58,070 nucleotides of DNA from Planctomycetota bacterium (GTDB lineage: Bacteria > Planctomycetota > Phycisphaerae > WQYP01), in assembly GCA_021808105.1 (NCBI GenBank), contig JAKBCC010000002.1, forward strand, positions 1 through 58,070, read 5' to 3'. Under the pieces are notes generated by a model. That model was not told the origin of the DNA and ran no database searches. It worked only from the letters and a program-made list of their open reading frames with translations. A program made the position numbers and the translations under genes. Shown here piece after piece: positions 1 through 9,464 of this stretch (position 1 is the stretch's first letter; the number at the start of each line of letters is the position of its first letter).

Positions 1-644
<644 letters not shown>

Positions 645-650
645 TCAAGG

Positions 651-674
651 AACCGTCGAACGAAACCGTCGAAC
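651..674. repeat. Direct repeat AACCGTCGAAC x2 (13-bp period) in the gap / antitoxin divergent intergenic region; possible operator
   Basis: aaccgtcgaac at 651-661 and again at 664-674, read directly. The operator role is inference only. Confidence 0.4.
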
Positions 675-731
675 AAGACGCCCATCCCCAATGCATAGGC
701 TGGACGCAAGGGAATATGAATTGTTATACTG

Positions 732-971
732 ATGGTAGCTTTTGAGGTAACCAAAATGCCCGATATTCTTCAAGGTAAATGGGACGACCTGATCAAAAAT
801 CATGACTTGCACGGCCACACTGTGCGCGTCATCGTGTTGGACCAGCCCCGCTCAGACAACCCCTGGCTCAAATCCCTGCGTGCCTGGGCAGACAGCCACA
901 AACCTCTGGGGCACAAAATAGACGACAGCCGCGACGGTTTTTACTCCGGGATGGCTGATGATCCTCGTTGA
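732..971 (+). CDS. Putative antitoxin of a PIN-toxin TA pair
   Basis: 79-aa ORF overlapping the downstream PIN-domain ORF by 14 nt, the classic TA arrangement. The sequence itself has no recognisable family motif. Confidence 0.5.
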   Translation: MVAFEVTKMPDILQGKWDDLIKNHDLHGHTVRVIVLDQPRSDNPWLKSLRAWADSHKPLGHKIDDSRDGFYSGMADDPR

Positions 972-1407
972 CACCAATATCCCACTGCGTCTGGTCCAGA
1001 TCGACCACCCGCACCGCCAGATAGCCCTCGACGCACTGCAGGTGCTTACCTTGCGCGATCAGGAGCAATTCGCCGTTGCACCCCAGAGCCTTTATGAGAT
1101 GTACGTCGTCTGCACCCGGCCCGCTGAGGTCAACGGCTTCGGCCTGACGTCCCAACAGGCTGGGGCCGAGATCGCCGTCGCCAGAACATTATTTGAACTG
1201 CTTCCGGAAACGCCTCAGTTTTACCCTATTTGGGAGGGCTTGATCGCCAAATATGCCGTCGTCGGCAAGCGTGCCCATGACCTTCGCTTGGTTGCCCTGA
1301 TGATCCAACACCGCGTCGCTAAATTGCTGACCTTCAATGATGCCGACTTCCGCCGCTTCACCGAGATTGAGCCTCTTTCCCCTTTCGATGTCGTGGCCAT
1401 CCCCTGA
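958..1407 (+). CDS. vapC: PIN-domain ribonuclease toxin (VapC-like)
   Basis: N-terminal MILVDTN with the conserved acidic residue, and C-terminal LLTFNDADF typical of PIN domains. About 150 aa and coupled to a small upstream ORF. Confidence 0.75.
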   Translation: MILVDTNIPLRLVQIDHPHRQIALDALQVLTLRDQEQFAVAPQSLYEMYVVCTRPAEVNGFGLTSQQAGAEIAVARTLFELLPETPQFYPIWEGLIAKYAVVGKRAHDLRLVALMIQHRVAKLLTFNDADFRRFTEIEPLSPFDVVAIP

Positions 1408-1752
1408 TATTGAACCCACGACTTTCCCTTTAATCGCCGCTGGGCGGCTTGGTAGGATCTCCGCTTAAGGGCTGGCCGTTGATTGCCTCGTAATACCCAC
1501 CGTGGGTGCCGCCAGCGAGCATCGGACTGCGCCAGTAGTCTCCCATGATGTGTTTCGGCCACGCTTTTGCATCATCCTTATTTGCTCTACTGCTCACCTG
1601 TTCGACTTTCTCCGGTCTATCGGGCCGCAGCCCGTATCCGCGTTATCCGCGTAATCCGCGGTTTTCTTTTGTCGTGATCGCACGTAACGTAATCGCATGG
1701 CCATCCGTCCCAGCAGGAAATCAGGATACCCACAAGCTCGTGTGACCGAGGA

Positions 1753-2400
1753 TCAGGGACGTTTTTGTTTCGTACGAACGCCCCATTTGGCGTGGACATT
1801 GCGAACATGGCGGCGGTGGGTTGCAAAGTTCGGTGCCAGACGGGTTTCCGCAATAACCTTCATGGCGCGTCCAACGTCGTCCGGGGACAACAGCATTTCC
1901 CGGTGCGATTTGATGTACGACAGCAAACCGCGGGTCAAGACATTTTCGGGAAGTTTGTTTTTCGTCTTAAGCCGCGCGGAGCCTGTAAATATCACGACGG
2001 ATTTCATTTTTTCGTGGGGTACGCCGAGCAGGGACGCGAGCGTCCTGGTGTGCCCGTAGTTCTGTCGCAGGGGATTGGAAAAGCGAATCTTTTTGTTGCC
2101 GATGGCCTGCGTCCAAGTGCGGTCATGCTCGCTGCCAAAGATCGCTCCGCCGTAATTCTTCGTTTCCACCACGAAAATGCCGAACCGAGAAATGATCACA
2201 TGGTCGATTTGCGTGGTGCCGCTGTCCGGCGCAGGAAGTGTCACATTGTGCATTACGTGGTACTGTTTTGGATCCAGAAATTTGCACGCCAAACGGATGA
2301 CCACTTCACCATGCCATCCCTTGAACCGACCGCTGTGCAACATGGCCGTAAGGGCCATCAGAAAAATCAGCAACGGCCAAAGCCAGAATGAGAGCGGCAT
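1753..2400 (-). CDS. NERD (nuclease-related domain) protein with N-terminal membrane segment
   Basis: Core IDHVIISRFGIFVVETKNYGG...NPLRQNYGHTRTL matches the NERD signature. The ORF is open to 2622, but the internal Met at 2400 (MPLSFWLWPLLIFLMAL, a hydrophobic helix) is the more plausible start. Confidence 0.7.
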   Translation of the reverse strand: MPLSFWLWPLLIFLMALTAMLHSGRFKGWHGEVVIRLACKFLDPKQYHVMHNVTLPAPDSGTTQIDHVIISRFGIFVVETKNYGGAIFGSEHDRTWTQAIGNKKIRFSNPLRQNYGHTRTLASLLGVPHEKMKSVVIFTGSARLKTKNKLPENVLTRGLLSYIKSHREMLLSPDDVGRAMKVIAETRLAPNFATHRRHVRNVHAKWGVRTKQKRP

Positions 2401-2643
2401 GTGTGGACTCCAGCGGACCATCCATTTCACGGACTTTATCCCATTGGGCAGGAGCGGGCAAGAAGTTTGCTGCGGAACAACAGACCGTACCGAACCATCC
2501 ACAACGCGGGCATTTGCAACCGGTCTCGAGTGGGCCCCGGCGAGCCCTGGCTTATCTAGGGGACTCACGGTAGACTCGAGTTGTGGTCCCCAAGCGGATC
2601 GAACGGGCTTTGTCCGTGACAAGGCAGTGCAGCGGAGTCACAC

Positions 2644-3159
2644 ATGCGCAAAAGAAAGTTTAAACGCGGGCCTAAATCAATACTCAATCGTCCACACGAG
2701 CACCCGATATTTCAGTTTACGGGCGAGCACGTCAGAGGACAGGCCGAGAATCCACGCACGGGGCTGCCCGACCCGGGCCGCCTCGCTGCCATGCCAAAAC
2801 CCGCTCGCACCGTATACTTCCTGTGGATATTCCGATGCGAAGCGGCGGCCAATGGCTTGGAAGTGTTTATACTCAACGGCCTGGGATGTTTCTCTCGGGA
2901 GGTCCACGCGGCACTCAAGGAGGTTGGCGCCCGCGAGCTTGCGCAGCGACTTGAGATGGCGATAGCCTTGGCTCGCCACGCATGCGCGGAATTCAAGCGG
3001 CTACCGGATACCACGTGGTTCGAGCAATTCGATGCTGAGCCACGTTACGCGACGCTGCATGCGCTTGATGAGGATGGCACATATGACTTGGTGGAAAATC
3101 TCACGGCGACGGTGGTGGCGTACATCCGGGTGCACCGTCGCGCGCTCTTTGACGGTTGA
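2644..3159 (+). CDS. Hypothetical protein, DUF4375 / DMP19-like (weak)
   Basis: EAAANGLEVFILNGLG...ALKEVGARELAQRLEMAIAL resembles the EVxNGGFxQFFxN...AL..IGA pattern of DMP19 C-terminal domain proteins. The similarity was judged by eye only. Confidence 0.35.
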   Translation: MRKRKFKRGPKSILNRPHEHPIFQFTGEHVRGQAENPRTGLPDPGRLAAMPKPARTVYFLWIFRCEAAANGLEVFILNGLGCFSREVHAALKEVGARELAQRLEMAIALARHACAEFKRLPDTTWFEQFDAEPRYATLHALDEDGTYDLVENLTATVVAYIRVHRRALFDG

Positions 3160-3490
3160 GAATACCCACATGCGGCGAGGGCGGTTATCCATGGCTCCCT
3201 GCGCGCCTACCGGAAAAAGGCGTGGGGTGCCTTTGTTCTGGAGGAATTGCGTAGCTGTCTACTCTACCTCGGGGCACCGTAAATCAGCCCCGGGTGAAGC
3301 CGCCGCAAGCGATTGCGACATCCGAGCACGGCAGAATTCCTCGTAAGACCGTGAACTGTTGACCGACTAAGGTAGACGGTGCCGGCGGGCGCCCGGAAGC
3401 GTCGTTTTCGGGAACCCATTGAATGAAGTTCCTCAGGTCCAAAATCGCCCAGCCGTTGAGGCAAACGAAGTGTGCGGCTAAAATTGTCCT

Positions 3491-4945
3491 ATGAAGACAA
3501 TTGCTTATCAGCAGTGTATTAATCCGAGTTGTGCCGCGACCTTTGATGTGGGGCAGACGCTTACGGCTTGCACGGTGTGCGGTGAACTGCTGGATATTAA
3601 CTATCAGTGGAATAAAGCGGCGCTGCCGAAAAGTCTGCGCGAGTTTCAGGCCCGCTGGCAGAATCGGCGGTTTCCGCTGGATTATTCCGGGGTATGGCGA
3701 TTCCGTGATTTGCTGCCGTTCGCGTCCGATGCCATGGTCTGTACGGTGGGTGAGGGGCAGACATTTTTGCAGAATGCGGTATGCCTGGGACGCCATCTGG
3801 GGATGTGGCCGGGGCAACTTTGGCTGCAATATGAGGGGATGAATCCGTCGGGAAGTTTCAAAGACAATGGCATGACCGCGGCGTTTACCCATGCCCGCAT
3901 TGTCGGTGCTCAAAGAGTGGCCTGCGCCAGCACGGGTAATACATCCGCATCGCTGGCGCTGTTTGCGGCCATGAATGGGTTTCAGGGAATTGTATTTATT
4001 GGAACGGGCAAAATTGCGTTCGGCAAGCTCTCGCAGGCACTGGATTATGGTGCCCGCACGTTACAAATTGAAGGTGATTTTGACACCTGTCTCGCCCGCG
4101 TCCGCCAAGTCAGCGGGCAACTGGGTTTGTATCTGATGAACAGCGTCAATCCCTTCCGCCTGGAAGGGCAGAAAACCATTATGTACCGCATTTTGGAGGC
4201 ATTGAACTGGGAATCGCCGGACTGGATCATTGTGCCCGGCGGAAATCTGGGAAATTGCTCAGCTTTCGGCAAAGCTTTTTTTGAATTGCGCGAACTGGGT
4301 CTGATTAAACGCATCCCGCGCCTGGCGGTCATCAATGCCACAGGCGCTAACACCCTGCATGAACTGGTGGCCGGTGGCTTGACATGGAATGACGGAAACG
4401 TCAATCAGGCCGCTATTACGGAACATTATAAACGCATGGAGCGGGATGGAATTCACGCCCATACCGTGGCGTCGGCCATTGAAATCGGTCATCCGGTGAA
4501 TTTGAAAAAAGCTCTGCGGGCCTTGCACACCATGAACGGAGTGGTGGCGCAAGTGACCGATGAGGAAATTCTTGAAGCCAAGGCGCTGATTGGTCGCTTT
4601 GGCTTCGGCTGTGAGCCGGCCAGCGCCGCAACCATTGCAGGCCTTCAGCAATTGCTGGCCCGCAATATTATTTCCCGCCATGAACGGGTTGCCTGTGTAC
4701 TTACCGGCCACGGCCTGAAAGATCCCGACGCCACTGTATATTACCACACGGGTGTAAACACCAAGCTAGCCAAACAACCCGACGCACAGGCTACCTGGGG
4801 GCACATGAGTAATCAGCCCGTGAAAGTCGCTGATGATTTGGACGCCATTGTGCAGGCACTGGGTCTGGATAAAGACACGCTTAACAACAGCCGCAGCACG
4901 GGGTACGTGCCAACACCTGTGGAATTACCGTTCGTAGAATATTAA
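3491..4945 (+). CDS. thrC: Threonine synthase
   Basis: N-terminal Cys-rich ribbon (CINPSC...CTVCG), PLP-lysine motif GSFKDNGMT, and a PLP-fold glycine-rich loop GGNLGN. 484 aa. Confidence 0.9.
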   Translation: MKTIAYQQCINPSCAATFDVGQTLTACTVCGELLDINYQWNKAALPKSLREFQARWQNRRFPLDYSGVWRFRDLLPFASDAMVCTVGEGQTFLQNAVCLGRHLGMWPGQLWLQYEGMNPSGSFKDNGMTAAFTHARIVGAQRVACASTGNTSASLALFAAMNGFQGIVFIGTGKIAFGKLSQALDYGARTLQIEGDFDTCLARVRQVSGQLGLYLMNSVNPFRLEGQKTIMYRILEALNWESPDWIIVPGGNLGNCSAFGKAFFELRELGLIKRIPRLAVINATGANTLHELVAGGLTWNDGNVNQAAITEHYKRMERDGIHAHTVASAIEIGHPVNLKKALRALHTMNGVVAQVTDEEILEAKALIGRFGFGCEPASAATIAGLQQLLARNIISRHERVACVLTGHGLKDPDATVYYHTGVNTKLAKQPDAQATWGHMSNQPVKVADDLDAIVQALGLDKDTLNNSRSTGYVPTPVELPFVEY

Positions 4946-5023
4946 AGAACGCGATTATACGGCTTCCCTAAACCTGACAGGCGGCAGTGCTCGAGGAGAG
5001 TGCCGGGCCGCGGTGCTTTTATG

Positions 5024-5156
5024 GCGTGCTCCACCACCGGCAGAGCCGGCGGTTTTGTGAAGTTTATCCGCACGGGGCATTGCCTGGAAATATTGCCTGG
5101 AAATATTGCCACACCCGTTGCCCGACAGACCCTCCGTGATTCCCTCCGTGATTCCT
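5024..5156 (+). repeat. Interspersed repeat element, copy A (with internal 12-13-bp tandem duplications)
   Basis: The core tccaccaccggcagagccggcgg..tgtgaagtttatccgcacgg..ttgcc.ggaaa.attgcc...ccgtgattcc recurs on the opposite strand at 55811-55902. Copy A additionally duplicates attgcctggaaat (x2) and ccctccgtgatt (x2). Confidence 0.7.
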
Positions 5157-5231
5157 TGCTTTTTATTGAGTTTGCTTGTAACTTCGCCACGTCGCCACGC
5201 CCCAGTTTAAACCTTCCTTGGAGCACCGCCG

Positions 5232-8150
5232 ATGCCGGATACCGAACGAAATCATACCAACCTCGCCTGTAGCCAATCAACCCAGGCCGCGAAATGTCCT
5301 CAATCGGATTCCTCGCAAGGGGACTCTCGGCATAACCGAAGGACCTTTCTTAAAACGCTGACTGTTGCGACTGCCGTTTACAGCGCAACGCAAGCTGTCG
5401 GCGGTATCGACGCCGCCGATCGGAGGGGGTCTCCAGCGCTGCCCTTGATCAATGGGAGCATTGCGGTGGGCGCAATCAAGCGCTTAGCGCACGGTGTGGA
5501 AATAACGCTGGCGACGGGAACACTTCGCTTAATAGTTTATTCTTCGCACGTGATACGGATATACATGTCTCCGCGCGGTGATCCGCAGGCAGATCATAAA
5601 AGCATGGCGGTGATAAAACAACCGGTGACAACAGCCTGGCATCTGCACGAAACTCCGGAATATATTGCACTTTCCACAGCCGTGGTGACCGCCCATGTGG
5701 ACCGGAAAACCAGTGCCGTGACATTTTCCGATTCTGCCGGGCGAAAGCTTCTTTCCGAGGTTGCCACCGGCGGGAAGTTTATGACGCCGTCAAAGTTTAA
5801 AGACGTTGAGACCTTCCGCGTGCGGCAGGAATTTGATTTACCTGCCGATGAAGCGCTTTACGGCCTGGGCCAGCATCAACAGGGCGTTATGAATTACCAC
5901 GGAACGGTTGTCCGCCTGGAACAATCCAATCGGCATATAGCGGTACCCGTGCTGCTGTCGAATTACGGCTACGGGATATTCTGGGATAATCCGGCAATAA
6001 CCGAAGTCAACGCCGGCACTGCGGCGGTGGAATCAATTCCTCCGGAAAATCTGATCGATGAACACGGGCGCAGCGGTGCATTAACGGCATACTATTTTTC
6101 CGGCACCGACTTTCGCAACCTCGTGGCGACCGGCCTGGACCCCCACCTGATGCTCAACTGGCAGTCTGAGGCTGCCGAAGCAATAGCCGCCGGTAAATCG
6201 CCCAAGCCGTTTTCCGTCCGCTGGAAAGGGCGAATTCGAGCGGCGGCCACCGGTACCTATACCTTCTCCGCCACGATCAACGGGGATTTCGAGCTGCAGC
6301 TTGATCATCAGGTAATCCTCACGCGGTTGGATGGGCATCCTAATACTACGCTTACCGGCAAGATTCATCTTCAGGCCGGCCGAGAATATGACCTGGACAT
6401 GCACTACGTGCATCACGCCGAACGCACGCAGATGGCACTGAAATGGCAGTTGCCGGCAACGGCCCAGCAGGCCCGGACGCTAAGTTGGTCATCGGAGGTG
6501 GGCGATTGCATAGATTATTATTTTATCTACGGCCCGACGGCAGATAACACCATCGCGGCCTGGCGAGCGATCAGCGGAGAGGTGCCCATGCTGGGAAAAT
6601 GGGTTTGGGGATACTGGCAAAGCAAATGTATGTACAGCAGTCAGGCGCAAATTCTCGGCGTGGCTGCGGAATACCGCTCCATGAATATACCCATCGATGC
6701 GGTAGTTCAAGATCTGTTTTACTGGCAGCCCGCGCCGTGGGGTTCCAATAAATTCGATCCGCTGCGCTATCCGGCCCCGGCCGATATGATATCCGAGTTA
6801 CATCGGGAAAATATTCATCTGATGATCAGCGTCTGGGCGCAGTTCGCCCCGGGATCGGCCAACTATCGGCAACTGGAACAAGCCGGCGTCCTTTACACCT
6901 CGCACTGCAAAGACCGCTATTACGATGCGTTTAATCCGCGGGCGCGCCGACTTTACTGGAACGAACTTAAAACTCAGTTGTTGCCTCTGGGAGTAGATGC
7001 CTGGTGGCTGGACGCGTCCGAACCGCAACTCTGCAATAACTGGGGAGAATTTGCTGATATTAAAACGAATGCAGGATATGGCGCGTTTGTTTATAACGCC
7101 TACCCGCTGATGCACACCACCGCCGTATATCAGGGCCAGCGTGAGGCCACCTCCAGTAAACGGGTGATGATTCTCACGCGGTCCGCCTGGGCCGGGCAAC
7201 AGCGTAACAGCACGGTTGTCTGGTCAGGTGATATTCCCGGCACCTGGCAGGTGCTTAGAGAGCAAATCCCCGCAGGCATTAATTTTTCCCTTAGCGGCCT
7301 ACCTTACTGGAACACCGACATCGGCGGCTTTTTCAGCGGCGATCCGCAGGATCCTTCCTACTGTGAACTGTTTATACGATGGTTTCAGTTTGGTGCCTTC
7401 TGCCCGATGTTTCGCGTACACGGAACCAACTACGCCAAGGAGATGTGGCGGTTTGGTCCGGCAACCATGACCATTCTTGAAAAGTTTAATCACTTGCGCT
7501 ATCGGCTGCTGCCCTACATTTACAGCGTGGCCTGGATGGTCACGAATCAGGGGTATAGCATGTTGCGCGGCTTGGTTATGGACTTCCCAACGGATCGTCC
7601 CGTGCTGGATATTCCCGATCAATTTATGTTTGGTCCGGCCATCATGGCCAGCCCTGTCCTGCAGCCCCACGCCACGTCCCGTAGCGTTTATTTGCCGGCC
7701 CCTACGCGCTGGTACGACTTCTGGACTGGGGAACAGCACAGCGGAGGGGCGTCGATGAACACACCGGCGGCACTTGATTGCATGCCGTTGCACGTTCGAG
7801 CCGGAAGCATTTTGCCGCTTGGCCCGGTGGTGCAGTACGCGGCACTGCCGGCAGACCCCTTGGAAATTCGCGTGTATCCCGGAGCGGATGGCACATTTAC
7901 TTTGTACGAAGATGAAAATGACAATTACAATTATGAGCGCGGCGTATATTCGCAGATTGCCTTTACCTGGGATGATCACAACCGCACTTTTTCCATCAGC
8001 CCGCGCCAGGGACAATTCCCCGGCATGATGATGCGTCGCACGTTCCATATTGTGCTGGTCCGCCCGGGCCAGGGAAATGGTGTAACAGCCGCGCCCCATC
8101 CGGATCATATTATTCACTACACCGGTGCCGCAGTGGTAGTGAAAATTTAA
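5232..8150 (+). CDS. Glycoside hydrolase family 31 (alpha-xylosidase/alpha-glucosidase type) with Tat-like signal and PA14-like insert
   Basis: RRTFLKTLTVATAV twin-arginine signal; GH31 motifs GVDAWWLDASEP and VVWSGDI; FSVRWKGRIRAAATGTYTFSATINGDFEL resembles a PA14 domain. Confidence 0.85.
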   Translation: MPDTERNHTNLACSQSTQAAKCPQSDSSQGDSRHNRRTFLKTLTVATAVYSATQAVGGIDAADRRGSPALPLINGSIAVGAIKRLAHGVEITLATGTLRLIVYSSHVIRIYMSPRGDPQADHKSMAVIKQPVTTAWHLHETPEYIALSTAVVTAHVDRKTSAVTFSDSAGRKLLSEVATGGKFMTPSKFKDVETFRVRQEFDLPADEALYGLGQHQQGVMNYHGTVVRLEQSNRHIAVPVLLSNYGYGIFWDNPAITEVNAGTAAVESIPPENLIDEHGRSGALTAYYFSGTDFRNLVATGLDPHLMLNWQSEAAEAIAAGKSPKPFSVRWKGRIRAAATGTYTFSATINGDFELQLDHQVILTRLDGHPNTTLTGKIHLQAGREYDLDMHYVHHAERTQMALKWQLPATAQQARTLSWSSEVGDCIDYYFIYGPTADNTIAAWRAISGEVPMLGKWVWGYWQSKCMYSSQAQILGVAAEYRSMNIPIDAVVQDLFYWQPAPWGSNKFDPLRYPAPADMISELHRENIHLMISVWAQFAPGSANYRQLEQAGVLYTSHCKDRYYDAFNPRARRLYWNELKTQLLPLGVDAWWLDASEPQLCNNWGEFADIKTNAGYGAFVYNAYPLMHTTAVYQGQREATSSKRVMILTRSAWAGQQRNSTVVWSGDIPGTWQVLREQIPAGINFSLSGLPYWNTDIGGFFSGDPQDPSYCELFIRWFQFGAFCPMFRVHGTNYAKEMWRFGPATMTILEKFNHLRYRLLPYIYSVAWMVTNQGYSMLRGLVMDFPTDRPVLDIPDQFMFGPAIMASPVLQPHATSRSVYLPAPTRWYDFWTGEQHSGGASMNTPAALDCMPLHVRAGSILPLGPVVQYAALPADPLEIRVYPGADGTFTLYEDENDNYNYERGVYSQIAFTWDDHNRTFSISPRQGQFPGMMMRRTFHIVLVRPGQGNGVTAAPHPDHIIHYTGAAVVVKI

Positions 8151-8200
8151 CGGTAACGCCGGACTTTTTTTCGGTTCAGGCTCGTGCGGAAAATTGCACA

Positions 8201-9127
8201 CTATTTAGTGTTGGCGCGGTACCACGCAATGGTTTTCGCCAAGCCATCTTCCAGTGCGGTCTGAGCCGAAAAGCCGAATAACTTTTTGGCCAGGGTGGTA
8301 TCGAGGCAGCGCCGGGGCTGGCCGTCGGGCTTGGAAGGATCCCAGCGGATTTCACCCTTGAATCCACAGAGCTTGCCGATCAATTCCGTCAGGGCGCGGA
8401 TGGTGATTTCCCGGCCCGCACCCAGATTCACCGGTTCAGGAGCATCATATTTCTGCATGGCTGCGACAATTCCCTCAGCGCAGTCTTCCACATATAGAAA
8501 TTCACGCGATGCCTGCCCAGTACCCCATGCCGTAATAAAGGCACTGTCGGCCCGCTGGGCTTCAACAAATTTCCGGATCAACGCCGGAATCACGTGCGAC
8601 GATTGCAAATCAAAATTATCGCCCGGACCATATAAATTCACCGGCAAAAGATAAATGGCGTTCAGGCCATACTGTTGACGATACGCCTGGCACATGGTCA
8701 GCAGCGCTTTTTTGGCAATGCCGTAGGGAGCATTGGTTTCTTCGGGGAAGCCGTTCCACAAATCACTTTCCTTAAAAGGAACAGGCGTGAATTTGGGATA
8801 AGCGCAAATGGTCCCTACCTGCACAAACTTTTTTACACCCTGAATCCGGGCCGCTTCCATCAGATGCAAGCCCATGGCCATATTAGCGTAAAAATACCGT
8901 CCGGGGTTTTCCCGGTTCGCCCCGATTCCGCCCACCTGGGCCGCCAGGTGCAAAATAATTTCCGGCTTCACGCGCGACACCATCTCCTCCGCGGCCTCCT
9001 GCCGGGTCAGATCACAGTCCTTGCTTCGCAATATATGTATATCCGTTGGAGCCACGCCGGCGGCTGTCAGTTTGCGGGTAATGCACTGTCCCAAAAATCC
9101 TGCTCCACCGGTAATTAAATATCGCAT
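8201..9127 (-). CDS. fcl: GDP-L-fucose synthase (GDP-4-keto-6-deoxymannose epimerase/reductase)
   Basis: ITGGAGFLG Rossmann start, [18 protein letters not shown] (YxxxK), and [26 protein letters not shown] typical of Fcl/WcaG. The start was chosen at MRYLITGG; the ORF is open to 9145. Confidence 0.85.
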   Translation of the reverse strand: MRYLITGGAGFLGQCITRKLTAAGVAPTDIHILRSKDCDLTRQEAAEEMVSRVKPEIILHLAAQVGGIGANRENPGRYFYANMAMGLHLMEAARIQGVKKFVQVGTICAYPKFTPVPFKESDLWNGFPEETNAPYGIAKKALLTMCQAYRQQYGLNAIYLLPVNLYGPGDNFDLQSSHVIPALIRKFVEAQRADSAFITAWGTGQASREFLYVEDCAEGIVAAMQKYDAPEPVNLGAGREITIRALTELIGKLCGFKGEIRWDPSKPDGQPRRCLDTTLAKKLFGFSAQTALEDGLAKTIAWYRANTK

Positions 9128-9222
9128 GAACGCCGTTCTCCGCACGCCTTACTTCCAATATTCGTCTGACACACACATCAGAAGCGAACCAGAAGTGCCG
9201 CGATTTTACCGCCAGTGCTCCG

Positions 9223-9327
9223 CAATGGAAAATTACCGCCAATCGCGGTAGCCGAAAACAAAGGTACCTGACACCTTTGTTTGCCCAATGGAAAATTACC
9301 GGAAAAGGTACCTGGTACCTTTTTTTT
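9223..9327 (+). repeat. Tandemly duplicated module: 16-bp motif CAATGGAAAATTACCG followed by an AAAGGTACC...ACCTTT hairpin
   Basis: Perfect 16-mers at 9223-9238 and 9286-9301. Hairpin 1 is at 9256-9282 (10-bp stem). Hairpin 2 is at 9303-9323 and is followed by a T-run at 9324-9327. Related GATTTTACCG / GGAAAATTA motifs lie at 9201 and 9352. Confidence 0.7.
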
Positions 9328-9464
9328 GGGCTGAAGTGGAAGGCGGGTTACCGGAAAATTATTACAGTCTTCAATCAAAGTAAATCGTGGGCCGATAACC
9401 TCCCTCACAGATGTTTCGCACTGTTGTGCGAATAAATGTCAGTTGTTTTTTTCAGGAGAAAACC

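Noticed and set aside
1633-1660. Three tandem 9-mers (TATCCGCGT, TATCCGCGT, AATCCGCGG)
   Set aside because: They are real, but too short and isolated to interpret. No second copy or adjacent gene start links them to a function.
3270-3300. Minus-strand GGGGCTGATTTACGG, which resembles the 5' end of tmRNA
   Set aside because: The downstream minus-strand sequence shows no tag-peptide reading frame, no pseudoknot-like repeats, and no tRNA-like TTCGA-containing 3' end with CCA. It would also overlap the ORF at 2644-3159.
5035-5060. Hairpin CCACCGGC-AGA-GCCGGCGG followed by TTTTGTG as the thrC intrinsic terminator
   Set aside because: In the thrC-sense RNA the stem has an A-C mismatch, leaving only 5 clean GC pairs, and the U-run is short and offset. 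The same sequence is part of a repeated element found elsewhere in the opposite context, so a dedicated terminator role is not supported.
7299-8201. Long antisense or alternative-frame ORFs: 7299-8201(-), 1765-2391(+), 3284-3913(-), 23874-24710(+), 31011-31709(-), 41902-42624(-), 42670-43365(-), 53120-53773(-)
   Set aside because: Each is fully embedded in a gene with strong family motifs, on the other strand or in another frame. They have no recognisable motifs of their own, and such ORFs are expected at this GC content.
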